NCBI RefSeq assembly: GCF_006345805.1
Contig: NC_043000.1
Coordinates: forward strand, 60,202,001 to 60,266,000
Direction: 5' to 3'
From: Octopus sinensis
Taxonomy: Eukaryota
DNA: 64,000 bases
Shown: positions 24,644 to 38,289 of the stretch, one piece after another
Layout: every line of letters begins with the position of its first letter
Numbering within the stretch: position 1 is the stretch's first letter
Notes under the pieces: model-generated
What the model was told of the DNA's origin: nothing
The model's database searches: none
What the model saw: the letters and a program-made list of their open reading frames with translations, nothing else
Made by a program: the position numbers and the translations under genes

Positions 24644-26139
24644 TGTGTACGTCTCTTTTCTAAAATGGTGGTGTAATTTGGATGACATTAAGTTGCTATT
24701 TCTAGAAAATTGATATGAAAACATTTCTAGAGGAATGAAGGAGACAAATGTAGTAGTCCCAGAAAGGAGGGGAATAGAGAGAAGACGGTTGAAATAATAA
24801 AAATAGAACAGTAAACAAGTTCACTAGTTGCAAAAACTACACGTGTGACAGCTTAGTATGTGCAGTGTTTGCACAAACTGTCATCATTATCATGCCCATC
24901 TTTTACCAGAACCACGACGAGCACACTTTCTTTGTGACAAAATGGTAATAGTTGTCTTCAAGGAAAGTGATACTGAGAATGGTCCCTTATGACCTTCTTA
25001 AAGTGCAACACAGCTGATTCTGATACTATATATATTCAATACAGGCCAAATTGATTGAATAAGACATCAGGTGAAAACTGAAGTCCTAACTGGTTTCATC
25101 TGAAAGAATGAAAGGCGAAGTCAACCTTGGCGGAACTTGAACTCAGAACATGCAGGCAGAGGAAATGTCGCTAGCTCACTGCCTTAGTCAAAAGTCCTAA
25201 TTAAAACAAATTTTATAATAAATTTGATTCTAATTTTAATAGTGAGTCTTTCCTTGTAAATGTTATTATTCTTAAAATTGCTTTAAAATAACAACCTTAC
25301 GTAAACATCTAAAAATAGAAATAGGAAATTGTGATGAGAATATCATTGGAGATGGTTGAAGTGAATTCAAATGCAGATTAGACTTTTTTAAGGTAGGATA
25401 TGAAAAGTGTGAGCTATTCTCTGACGAGAGAGGTGGGTCCAATGCAATCATCAATGTAAAAACTGTATAATTCAGGAGCTGGCCCAGTAAACCAGTTAAA
25501 AAGAAAATTAGGCTTCAACATAGGCAACGAACAAGTTAGTGAGCACCACAATGGATGCTAACATGTTGGCAGAAACTGCCAAAGAAGGAAGAGTTTATTT
25601 AATAAGTTAGGTCCGCCATTTTTTTTTACACAAGGGTTTGTTATCAAAACAACGTCACATCTTGTATCAATTTGCATTACAATGTCTATGTCATATTTGT
25701 ATATGCATGTTCCCTTACACAACATTATTTCTATAAGAAAATGTTTTCTTAAATATCAATATTACTATTTGCAACAATCTGAACAACACAAGACATTAGT
25801 TTTGCTTACTATGGGAAAGTGAAGATGGTTGAAATAGTAAAAGTAGAATAAACAAGTCTGCCTCAACACAATGTACACTTGATTTTGAGACAGAGATGGG
25901 GAAGAAGAAGAGCGGTATATATATAAGCATAGCGAAACAAGTGTGCCCCCATCCAACTTTGTTTCCTCATAACTTTCAAACAAATGGATATCTTAAATAA
26001 GATTTTCCACAAATACGCTTCAGATGGTGCAGATTACGACGACATCGGAATTCAACGTGAAATTATTTTTCCAAGAGTGAGGTGCAGAAAGTTCACAAGA
26101 GCTGGCTTTGTTTCTTCATACCTTTCAAAAAATGGATAT

Positions 26140-27110
26140 TTTTAAATGGCTCGAGCTGGGAAGGGAAGCCTATGGTGCCCAGGCCATGCTCTATGATCTC
26201 ATTGAGAGCAGCTTGGTGTGGAAGTCAGCCAGCATATAATGGCAGAAAGAATCTACAATGGTTCTGCAGCAGCATTTATGGGGCTCACAGATATGGAAGC
26301 CAAGCCTCGAGGAAACATCAATGCACAGACAGTCGCTATCAAGCTGAGTGCCAATCGAGAAGGATGGCATTGTGCTGAGCCATGCACTACTGTGGGGTTA
26401 GGAGCCCAAGCAGAAACATGCCAGATGGTGCAGGTCAAGTTGGTGCACCTGTTCGTCCGAGATCATGCTGCCCTAGATAGCATCCCATTTGTCTTGGGGG
26501 CAGCCGGACATCCACAAAGAGGAGAGGAGGGTGTTGACTTTCGAGGCAATATGCACCTGGTGAAGTAATGATCGTATATCTGAGATGAAGGCCACAAAGC
26601 CCTCAGCATTGTAACTGATGTTCACAACTTCCAGCTTGGACGAGTTAATCTCGAGGCCAATCCTCACCAGAATGGGAACCACTGATCAGAGATCATAGCA
26701 GACACTTTGTATGGATGTCAACTACTGCATCATTCGGGTACCATACGTCGAAAAGAGCCATGATTCTCTGAGCAATGTTCTCTACCCCGAGACTGAAGAG
26801 GAGCGGGGTCCAATGGATCACCCTGTTGAATTCCAGTCGAAGATAGTATGGCCTAATTCACAGTAAGGAGCATGTTTAGAGACCAGTAAGCTAGCGGATA
26901 GGCGGTGGGGGGAGGGGGGCACAACTGAGGCAGGTCTCGAGCAAGTGGCTGCAGTGCAGATAGTTGAAGGCATCTTTCATGTTATGCTTGACAATGAGGT
27001 ACCTGGAATCACTTGGTGTTGGCTCAAAAGGACATTCGTTGAAGAACTGTCTAGTAGCAAGGGCGGCTCCCTCACAGGTGCCGAACCCCAGTAGCATCGG
27101 CCTGAGTTAC
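26140..27110 (-). mobile_element. Non-LTR reverse transcriptase relic, CRE/SLACS-like
   Basis: LGFGTCEGAALATR, KHNMKDAFN, TGIQQGDPL, WYPND (decayed YLDD) and GLEINSSK across broken frames. Confidence 0.7.
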
Positions 27111-27429
27111 TCACCTGAGGCAGAGAGGGTATTGATAACAGACTGTCAGTTAATAATAGCTCAGCATACTACCGTTCTTTTACACTTTTGAGAAACCGCA
27201 ATTTCAGGTAGGCATTGGGGTGGATTATCGAGTTGCCACAGGAAAGAAAACTTTCTCTATGTTTTAGATTTTACTGTGGGCAGATTGTTTAAATTTGCCA
27301 AGCTTCATTTGATACGACTTTGCACTAGACTGAGCATGTCCTAAAGATCTTTTTTTAGTACTACCCAAGGTTAAGGCTTTATTTGGTGATCTGGTTCTGG
27401 TTGAATGTACAAAAGAGTCTTGAATAAAT

Positions 27430-27615
27430 GATAGCTGGATGTGATTGGGGAAGATCTCCAGAAGCTCAACATCATCTTGGAGGATGCAGATAGGTTGGCA
27501 CGGGACCGTCGGCAATGGAGAGAGCACTGGTGGACCTGGTCGACTCTACACATGATGATGTGTCTGGGATCACTAACTTGGGATGACCCCCAGCCCCATC
27601 AAGCAAGAGCAAGAA
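27430..27615 (+). mobile_element. RTE-like LINE 3' end
   Basis: WLDVIGEDLQKL...ADRLARDRRQWR with a caag-repeat tail; homologous copy at 44190-44382. Confidence 0.65.
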
Positions 27616-28402
27616 GAAAAAATATTATGGTTTCAAAATTGCATGTGTAAAATACTCTCACTAATTCTAGTCTGTACTTTCTTTTTAGTTTGCGGTTATA
27701 ATTTGAAGGATCGTCATCCAATATGTTTTGGATGTGATTTGAGGGAGACATGATTGTTCTTTCCACAGGGTGAGCGATAACATAGATGAATAGAAATGTA
27801 ATTTTATTGCAATATAAAAATACTCAGAACCACAAAACCTACATCGAAACAACACATTATTTCTTTTATTGTAATATTTGACAAAGGTCAGGAGCAACTC
27901 GTGGTATAGAATATAAGAGTAGACGGAGCCAACAAGGGAGCTTCTACATAGTCGTTGGATGAGCTAACATAGTAACCAGACCTCCCCCAACCTTAAAACA
28001 TTGCTAGCTTAAAACATTGGGTAATGTTCTTCGAGATACACTGTTCCTGAAAAAAAAAAAAGACTGTCTTGAATGCCATTGACCATCGGGTTTCCTCGAT
28101 TAAGGCTGACTTGGAGCTAAACAATACAGTCCTATATTTGCGAATTAGTTCAACGAGTATGAAATTTATCTATTGTTATATAGTATGATGATGGTTAAAG
28201 ACATATAAGCCATCACTATTCCTCCATGAAATTAATTTGTTTTTACTTGATTGATTCTCCTGGGGCAAAATATATACAAAAGTTATAAATGAGATGTTTG
28301 GTATTTTTCATCGCCATCATCATCATCATCATTATTGTTATTATTAATAAAAAAAGTAAAAAACTAAAATACATGGAGACTCAGATTTTCATTGTTGACG
28401 TT

Positions 28403-28792
28403 TACTCTTTACTTGTTTCAGTCATTTAACTATGGCCATGCTGGAACACTGCATTTAGTCAAGCAAATCGACCCCAGGACTTATTCTTTGTAAGCCTAGT
28501 ACTTATTCTATCGGTGTCTTTTGCCGAATCACTAAGTTACGGGGATGTAAACACACCAGAATCGGTTGTCAAACAATGTTGGGGGGACAAACAGACGCAC
28601 AAACATACACACACACATATATATATATACGATGGGCTTCTTTCAGTTTCCATCTATCCAATCCACTCACAAGGCTTTGGTCGGCCTGGAGCTATAGTAG
28701 AAGACACTTGCCCAAGGTGCCACACAGTGGGACTGAACCCGGAACCATGTGGTTCTTAAGCAAGCTACTTACCACACAGCCACTCCTACCTT
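28403..28792 (-). mobile_element. SINE family A, near full length
   Basis: Reverse complement of the 42320 copy. Confidence 0.9.
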
Positions 28793-29677
28793 AAAACATT
28801 GCTAGCTTTTTTTTTACCAAGCAGTCAATGACCTACAAAGTGAATTACATTGAAATTGATGCTTCAGATTATTATAAATATAAAGACAAAATAGTATCTA
28901 AAGATACTCTTGATACTATTTTAAATAGTGTCCTAAATTTAGCTTCCACAAATAAAAGTATTTTTAATTAGTAAAGTCCAAAATCCGAGACTTCTAACAA
29001 TGACTCTTTCGGATTTCATTTCATAAATAGAATATCGATATTTTTTGGTGGCTGAAAATCCTGGTAAGCAAATTAGTTATGTTCATTACTTTGCAGATTT
29101 TTCCCTCCTCCATTCTCATTTGTACATCAACAAAAATTTTGGTCAAAATAATACTTATTCAGTATTTAAACCAACCTTCATCAAAATTTTACAAGAATTT
29201 ACAATGGAATGGAAAGTTTATGATACCTGTGGAGTCTCTCCTTTTCCCATTATAATTATTTTTGTAGCTTCAAGGATCTGGAACGCGAAGAAGTTCACAA
29301 GTGTAGTACAGTTCAATAGCCATTTATTTACAGAGTTCTCGTTCATGTGGTTTGCTCTCAGAGACCATCTTTATGGCAGCGCGTGGTTTGTTATAGCTCC
29401 GTACACATGAGGTTCATTACCTCTGGAGATAAGCATGCAGAGTTAGAGTGGGACAAGGGTTTGCTGTGACTGCTGGCTTCACAGTGTTTCTCAGGGTAAG
29501 TGCAAGAAGGAATGAGATGATTTTGTATTACCCATAGAGAGGACAATACAAACACATGTGGGGGACATATAACACAAAATAAAAAATTAAATTAAATTAA
29601 ATTAACATATGATAACATGTATGATTCATGATAAATGATTAAATGAAAATGAACTGCCAGCCCCACCTTAAGCAGCA

Positions 29678-31095
29678 TCACTTCTTTTTGAGTCCTGTTA
29701 CTTTTAGCATGTCCAGACCAAAATTATCTTTTAGTACCTTGTACCGTATTCTTGCTGGTATCTTTATGTCCATCTTCCAACATTTATGTCCCTTTTTATG
29801 TTTTAAAATTGCATCCCTTTGACATTGCAATACCAACATGCACAAGTCCCAACCCACTCCACTTGCATGTTCTTCCATATCCACAAATTTTGCTGTCCTC
29901 CACCCAGTGTCCTCATTGATCAGTTCCTCACCAGCATCTTCTGTTAGTACACATATGTATGCTGTTTCACTGGGGAGGGGATTTTTTTGTATTTTGTGTC
30001 TGTTTCTCTTCTTTTTATTTTGTAAAGGAAGGGAATGGGTGGTTTGGTGTCTGTGGGGAGAGGATGGGTCTCAGCAGGTGTGGGTGGGGTGAGGATGGCT
30101 TCAAGTTCCACTTTTTAATGACCCTTCTTCCTTTTCTTTCGTCTTCCCTCTGCCAATGTCCATACTTCCTTTCTCTCTTTTACCTCCATTTGCATCTCTT
30201 GTTCCTCTTCAGAGTTCTTCTCTAACCTTTCCGTACTTTGTTTCTGTAGAGGGCAGTGTGCTCTAATGTGGCCTTTTTGGCAACATTTAAAGCACCAAGG
30301 TATCCTGTCCTCCACTCATATTCTCAGAATCACTTCTCTCATGGTCGCTGTTTTGGCTAACCTTTCCAATGTTTCCATGTCTGCCTGCACCATGATTTCG
30401 AATTTCTTCCCTTTCCATCTTGCTTCCTCAGTTTCTGAGGCTTGTAAGACGGCCACCTTCTCCATGTTTCCATAAAGGACAGCCGCCATGACCCATGCCA
30501 CGTCTATATCTGATGGGATTCCCTCAACTTTTATCATAAACGTCCTCCTTCCTAGGTACGTAGGTAGCAATACTACTTTATTCACCTTAATTGTATTTCC
30601 TGCCTGCCTCCTTGCTATTTCTTCTATCCTGTATTGGACAACTACTGTCCCAAATTTGTTTCCTCTAGACATGATTACAATATCCTTGTATACCACACTC
30701 AACACTTTTTTGATAATCTCCGCCACCATTTGTTCTTTCTTTTTTACTTCTACCGCATATACTATGTAAACGATGGTTTTCTTTGCCATGTCTTCTATGA
30801 CCTTCTGTGGTGGTGACAGCTTCATGTCACCGCCCACCCTACTTGCCATCTTTTGATGTTCTTTACCGTTTGCCATATTAATTTCTTTTCTTTTTATCTC
30901 CGTCATCTCTACAAAGCTTCTTTTTTCCAAACAATTATCCATCTTGTTCATAGTTCTTACCAATTCCTCCTCCGAAGAGGACAATTCAGAACCACTGAAG
31001 CCTGAATAAACCATTCTACTCGTCACCATCACTATCTCTCGATAGAGAGAAAGTTCAACCAGAAAAACCGCTGCAAAGCAGCACACAACAATCAA
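29678..31095 (-). mobile_element. ORF1/gag-like element with a CCHC zinc knuckle and no pol/ORF2
   Basis: ORFs 30316-31095 and 30115-30315 are in frame across one TGA and contain CFKCCQKGHIRAHC. A charged low-complexity tail follows. No endonuclease or RT is seen downstream. Confidence 0.75.
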
Positions 31096-31365
31096 AATTT
31101 TTCACAAATTCAAGTGTGAGAAGGAATGAGAGAGAGAATGTCTTATTCTCCTGCTTAAATACTGGTTGCTGGTGAGAGCCTCATTGTCGTCTCACGCATG
31201 GCAAATGGTTGCTGGCAAGATCTCGTTCTTGTCTTGGACATGGTAATGGCTACAGGCAAGATCTTGTTCAAAATGGTGCTGGCTTCTTGTGCTTCACTGC
31301 AAATTATAGATATATTATGGCACTCAAGTGAATTAACTCGGTGACGTTTATAGTGTCAGCAAATG

Positions 31366-31403
<38 letters not shown>

Positions 31404-31916
31404 CAAGAACAACTCTCAATTGCCGATGTGATCAAAATTTATGTTTCAATGTGTTAACATTTTAACACGACATTTATACCATGATACATGAACGAAACAC
31501 ACTTGAGTTTACATGAATATTGGGCGAAATAAATAAAACGTCACACTGCTTCAACATTACACATGGATTTAGTTCCTAATAAATGTCATAAAGTCCTACA
31601 TCTACTCAGTATTGTTTGTTGTACTGAAGAGAAGACCTAAGGTCCATAAAATTCTTTTTTCTTTTAATGTTTTATCCTTGGTAAGGTGCATCAAATACTG
31701 AGCTGTTCAATTATTTGTCTATAAAACTGTAGGAGTGTAATTTGACTGCCATTTTGCAGAATTTGAGCTTCAATGAGTTTACAATAGAATTTTGCAGAAA
31801 ATGGAATGGTGTTCCTCCATTGATATTTGCACAGTATTTAAACACTTTTTTAATGGTTTACTTAGAGAGAAGGGCCAGTAGCTATGATCTTTGCAGACTC
31901 TCTGAGATTAATGAAA

Positions 31917-32580
31917 TCAATGCAGTTGATATTCTTTGGTATAATCATCAATAATGACTGAGTAGAGTTCAGTTTCTGCCAACCATTTCTTCTTGATCTA
32001 TTGAGAAAGTTAAAATTAATAAAATACAGTCCATGTAATCCTAAATAAATTCTAAAAAGTTGAGAAATTTTATGCAGTAAACTAGTTTGGATTACCACAA
32101 GATAATTCATTAACAAGAGTTGCTAAGTTTCAATGTTACTAATTATAAAATAATGTACTAAAATGACTGACATCAATAGTTTGTTAAATTACTTTTCTTT
32201 CCTTTGTCTAAAGTTTGGTTGATTTCTCTATAAACTTCATTTCTCTAAGATATGTCCTGACAATTTTGTTTTAAATGTTCTATGATCTTATCTCAACTCT
32301 CATTTTTCTCAACAACCATTGACTGCTCGTTTAATTTGGTCATTCACTTCTCCCTAGGGACATCCAGGTTTTCCAGGATTCATCCTGTTGTTCCAAAACT
32401 GTGTCGCTCTTATTTCAATTTTAGTTCAATTTCAGAAATAGGTTTTCATTAATGTTTTCTAGTTTGTCTTTATGTAATTTGCATTCTATAAATCTTCATT
32501 TAGCTTTTAGAAAGTAATGTACAGCTTCAGTTTAAAATTTGTTCAGTTTTTCGTTAAGTTTAAGCTTATAGCTCATGTGC
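31917..32580 (-). pseudogene. Two exon-like blocks, coiled-coil/spectrin-repeat-like, with stops
   Basis: 32193-32580 reads ISEIELKLK*...DKIIEHLKQNCQDIS*RNEVYREINQTLDKGKK then gtaatt. A strong acceptor tttaactttctcaatag precedes IKKKWLAETELYSVIIDDYTKEYQLH* (31917-31997). Confidence 0.35.
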
Positions 32581-32925
32581 AGTGCTAGTGAATTATGTTT
32601 AGTTTTTATACATGATTTTGTTTTTAACCATTTAAATTTTTGTTAATATTTTTCAACAAATAATTTAACTAAAAACATTCAGTAATTCTTATTATCATAC
32701 ATAAAGGCATACAATATTTTTTGGAATGTGCAGAGTTCCTTTTCTGTCTTGATTGCATATTTAAAAAATATGGTCCCTCTTACTTCCCACTAGAAATCCA
32801 CACAAGAACATGTGCTTCTGCAAATAATACTGTTAACCCTCTTTATCCCTCACCATTAACTTACTTGTGATTATATCAAGTAACTTCTGGTAATAAATGG
32901 GTTAGTACTTCTCTAAATAAATCTA

Positions 32926-33144
32926 CGAGCAGATGCTGAAAAGTTCCTGGTTTTACAGGTATTGTGAAAGGCCTGGTTGAAGGCCCAAACTTCCAAGTTC
33001 TTTCACGGGGCTTAGAATGACTGAAGGACATCTGCAATAAGTGTGTGAATCTGAGAGGGGAATATGTTGTATATAATCATAATTAACTGATCCTCCTGTA
33101 TTTTCTTTTATCCAGAGTCAGGAACTTTTCAGCACCCCTTCATG
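32926..33144. mobile_element. Mariner-like MITE (inverted copy of 24271-24485)
   Basis: TA-flanked, with tgctgaaaagttcctg TIRs. Confidence 0.8.
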
Positions 33145-34906
33145 TACCCTTGTATGTCTGCAAATGTGTACAAATAATGTTTATCTTTAAACCACAATGT
33201 GCTCACTTACAAGAGCTAGGTGGCCTTGACATTAAATATGATACAGAGTTAAGTTTTCATTAAGGATTTAAACAGTACTGTTGATGACTGGCATTGATTG
33301 CCTATGAAGTACTTTCTAGCCTTTCCTACCATCTATTGTTTGTCACCAGAAGTCAAAATCACATGTATATGTTGGAAATGCTCTCACTGAAATGAAGTAT
33401 TGTTGTTGCTAAATTTAAGACAGTGGGTCTTTTCATTTTCTCTTTTGCTTTTTTTAAGTATCCATTGTAGTTGGTAATTAGATGAAATCCCACAAAAGTA
33501 TCAACTCATATAAATGTAGTTTGGTTTAAGAAATCATGCATTAGACCATTTTTAAACGAAAATTATTGTATGATAAAGAGATAAAGGTCTCTTGATAATA
33601 TATAATGAAGAGTTCAATATTTCAATTCCAATGATTACCAGTCAAGAATTGTAAAAAAAAATTCATAATGAAACTGTTATGATTTATATATATATAAGTA
33701 ATTTTCTAGAGGAAATGATTATATGAAGAGAAAGCTTAGCATAAATGCATTGAGATTAAGCAGAAGCAATCAAATCAAACAACAAATTTCTGATAAGGCA
33801 ATGAGGAGCCTTTATGCAGTAGCTCAACTTGCTAGAAATAGTGGCCAAATATCCTACAGATTTCACCCTACTGTGTTTACTTATAAAGAAAAGGAGAGCA
33901 CATGTGATACATATTGTTTGAATAAAAGATAGGGCAGTTGATAGACTTTTGGAATAACTGCCATGATTAAAATTAAATTGTTTTTTGCTGTATTTCTTTG
34001 TCTTTAAACAATATCACACATTTCAAAACGAATGTAATTCACATTTAAGAAGACAAAATTTTCAACAACCCTTGATTTTAACATTTCTTACCCATCCCTT
34101 CCCTGATATTATAAAATGAAAAATACTAAATACCACAAACAAATTTCATGTTAATCATGACAGCTATTCTGAAAATCCACCAAATCCTTTGATAAAGACA
34201 CAAATGACAGTTTCTCTTTTCTCCTTTCATATAATAATTATCATTATGAGTTCTTTTTAATCAATTCATGCTGGTGTGGGTTGGATACATCAACAATACT
34301 ACAGCATTTTGTATAACTTGATCTAATGTCATTTTGATTATATAAATTTCATATGTTTGATTTAACCCTTTTTGAAGTTTTCCTTCATCTAAATCTGTGC
34401 AGTTGTTCGACAAGCTAGAGATACCAGCCATCTCCCTCAACCCACCCTATGCTGCCTTAGCATTAAGTATTTTGGATGATGATGATACAGTCAAACGTTA
34501 TACTATGTTTGTAAAGAACAAAAAAATAATAACAAGCCTGGATGGTCATAATTTGAATGCCTTTGATCATAAATCTACTCAATCAAGATTGACTGGGAGT
34601 TAAGCATCCATCAACTGACAAGACATCTTACCTAACATAAAAAATCCAATTGCATCACATGTTTATATCAGTACGTAGAATGCACATGTAATACAAACTG
34701 ATGTCATGCACTAAAGAAAAAAAAATTCAATCACTACATACACTAGTCAACATCCAGCAACTTCTTCAGCACATGTCAACACAAACTGCATATCCTAGAG
34801 TAAATGTCATTACTTTGGTTGATACCTAATTAATATTGCAGGAAATTTTCAGGAAACTAAATCCATATCCTGGTTCCAATTCACACTTGGGAGCTATTTT
34901 ACTTAC

Positions 34907-34987
34907 ATTACTTATACCCTGGGGAATTATAGAAGCATCACAACTTCTGCTTTTCTCAATCATTAAATTCACGTCTTCAACTTCATG
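34907..34987 (-). CDS. Candidate 81 nt phase 0-0 exon (HEVEDVNLMIEKSRSCDASIIPQGISN)
   Basis: Acceptor aattttcag, open frame, donor GTAAGT. Confidence 0.4.
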
Positions 34988-35292
34988 CTGAAAATTATCA
35001 TAATTTTATTATTTTAATTATTATTTATTTGTGGATTGTTGAATAAGTAGTAGTAGTAGATAAAATAAATGCTGTACAGCATAGTCAGATTTCTTTTCAT
35101 TCCAAACTCAAATCCTGCTAAAGTCAATTTTATGTTTAATTGTTCTAGTGGTAGATTAAAATTATACAACATCCAAGTACTGATGTTGATTCCGGAAACT
35201 TTGTAGCCTGTGACCCTTCCAAAAAATTTGTGGCTTAACCTCACACCTGGTGTTATTAAAAAATTGTTTTTGACTTTTATCAATTAAAAAAT

Positions 35293-35612
35293 CATCATCA
35301 TCATCATCATCCTTTAGCATCCGCTTTCTATGCTAGCATGGGCTGGACGGTTCAACTGGGGTCTGGGAAGCCAGAAGGCTGTGCCAGGCCCAGTCTGATC
35401 TGGCAATGTTTCTACGGCTGGATGCCCTTCCTAACGCCAACCACTCCGTGAGTGTAGTGGGTGCTTCTTACGTGCCACCGGCACAGTTGCCAGACGGGGC
35501 TGGCAAACGGCCATGGTCGGATAGTGCTTTTTACGTACCACCGGCACGGGGGCCAGGCGAGGCTGGCAACAGACACGATCAGATGGTGCTCTTTACGTGC
35601 CACCGGCATGGG
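35293..35612 (-). mobile_element. SINE-like family B with three internal ~60 bp tandem units
   Basis: The gtgct..ttacgt.ccaccggca unit occurs three times. Confidence 0.75.
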
Positions 35613-37638
35613 GATTTTTTATTCCTTTGTTATTGCAAAGAATGAAATACTTCTTGGAATGAATAAATGTTTAAAAACAAAATGTCAAAAACAATACAGT
35701 GCCGTATTATATAGTTTGACTTTGTATTACAAGTAATTTGTCAAATGTCCTTATGTTGGTAGAAAACTATTATGTCTTAGCTTCTCAACTTATTTTTAGC
35801 ATGAAATAGGTTGAAATTATAAATCGGTAATGGAGCATTCTTATTTATGCAAATGGAAGGGACAGAGGGAGGGGAAATAATAAAGTATGGAAAGGACTAA
35901 CAAAGTTGTGGGGAAGATTGGGAAATAATTATGCTTCAGAATTAATTACTTCCCTAATGATAAACAGTAGCTAAATTGTATTAAGAAAACATGATATTTA
36001 TTAACTGAGTCGAAAAAAATAAAACTTGAAGGGATTTCATTACACAATGATAATTGTTCAAGCAGTAATGGTTGATGCAGGGATCTGTCTGAACATGTGA
36101 ACAGACTCTTAGAAAATTAATCCATGATCCTGAAAGAATCAAATAAGCCTTGATTTTGAAAAAAAAATCTTTTGAAACAGGAATGTAGGAGCTATCATAT
36201 CAAAAATCAAACCGAACATTGCTATATAAAGAAAAGAGGAGGATTTTATAAATATATATTTTTTATTTTGTTATATTATACATCTTTTACATTTTTTATT
36301 TTATAAAGATGAGATTAAAAAACTATCAGATTAGTCTTAATCGTGATTCTTAAGCCCATTTTATTTTTGTTTTTCTTTCATGATTGAATAAATAGATTTA
36401 GAAATAAAGTAATTGATAATTTAGTAGTTTTACTATTGGAAATTCCAAATTTCAATAATGATATTTTTTCTAATAATTAGACTTAATATTTAAATTAAAT
36501 GTAATAATCAAATTTAAATATCATGGCTTCAAAAACTATATTGATTTCAAACTTACTTTCAAGACCATAAATTTCTAGGAAAGGAGTACTAATTAACTGA
36601 ATCAACTCTAAAACTTAATGAATACAATACCCATTCTATTGACACCAGAGGAGTGAAAGTCAAATACCACAGGATTTGGAACCAGAAAAAAATAAATAAT
36701 AAATAAATAAAGTACTCCAAAGACTTTAGTCTAACACTTTACATCCTCTGCCAGTCCTTTAACTCTTTAGCATTTAAACTGCTATATCCAGTCCAAATAT
36801 TCTGCCAGTTTTATGTTGGGACTGACCATATTCAACCTCCCACAGCTACTCTATAATGTCATTCTAAAAATAAATGACCACATCATTGAAATTTAAAAGT
36901 TATGAGACAGTGCATGGGTAATTCAAAACAATGCAATAAATAAGCATTACATTGGTCAGAATAATTTGAATGGTAAAGGGTAAATATTTTTAACAAAAAC
37001 CAATTTTAAAAATAGTTGATTTATAAATAGAAAACATGAGGAAATCTTTGAAAATGAAATTTAAAGGTATGAAATTGTTCCATTCTTGTAAACACTGATA
37101 GGTTAGATATAAGATAAATATTTTTTAAGTATGTGGTGGTGGTGGTGGTGGTGGTTGGTAGTGTTGCAAAGAGGGAACATCTGTAGAGTGATGCTACATT
37201 CTGGAATTAGCAAGCAAATCTAGTTCAAATCACACACTACTGTTATAATAAAGGAAGGACACATTAGGTAATGTAAAACCATATACACTTTGACTAAAGA
37301 AAGACAAGATAATTACGTCTTGTAACATATGTCTGAGTCATGAAGGTTGACCAGGGGCCAAATAAACAACAATATCAACAAAATGAAATATAAACTAAAA
37401 ATGCTTAATAAATAAATTATTCTATATATTCCATTAAAAGTTCAACTATTTTTACTTTCTTCACTATTTTTACAACTAACCAAGGAGTTTGAAAAATGTT
37501 GATTCATTTATTGTTTGGAATTTCAGCTAGTCTGAAAATTATTGACTGAAAATTATTATTATTATTATCATTATTATTATTATTATTATCATTTATCATT
37601 CTGCTTCTTCCTTAGTTCGTCTGCCCATTACGGTCTTT

Positions 37639-37770
37639 ATGTTACTTTTACTTTTTGATACATAGGAGGGACAGAGAGGTAGTGAGAGAGAAAGAGTCAG
37701 AGTCAGAGGGAGGGTGAGAGTGGTGATAGAAAGTGTGTGTGTGTGTGAACGTGTGACATTCTCTGTGTTT

Positions 37771-37809
<39 letters not shown>

Positions 37810-38244
37810 TGTGTCTATCTATCTATAAACACAGAGAATGTCACATGTTCATACACACTTTCTATCACCACTCTCTCTATCTCCCTCTGACTCTGACTCT
37901 TTCTCTCTCACTACCTCTCTGTCTCTCCTTTGTATCGAAAAGTAAAAGTAACATCAAAAATTTACTGTGGTTATTTCTCTTTGATTTAACATTGTGTCAA
38001 TGTATTTATCTATCTATTTGTCTTCTGTGAAACGGAATACAAGTAGATACATCGATACATTGTTAAATCAAAGAGAAATAACCATAGTAAATTTTCGATG
38101 TTACTTTTACTTTTCGATACAGAAGAGGGACAGAGAGGTAGTGAGAGAAAAAGAGTCAGAGGGAGAGGGATAGAGAGAGTGGTGATAGAAAGTGTGTATG
38201 TGTGTGGACGTGTGACATTCTGTGTGTGTTTATAGATAGATAGA
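37639..38244. repeat. Alternating inverted triplication (forward, reverse, forward)
   Basis: The unit gttacttttac...gacagagaggtagtgagaga...gtgacattct occurs at ~37639-37790 (+), ~37815-38010 (-) and ~38043-38244 (+). Confidence 0.9.
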
Positions 38245-38289
38245 AACATATATCTATACATACATGTATAAATATATGTAAACTGTAAA

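Noticed and set aside
35460-35612. Regularly spaced repeats resembling a CRISPR array
   Set aside because: Eukaryotic SINE internal tandem units with similar spacers and no cas genes.
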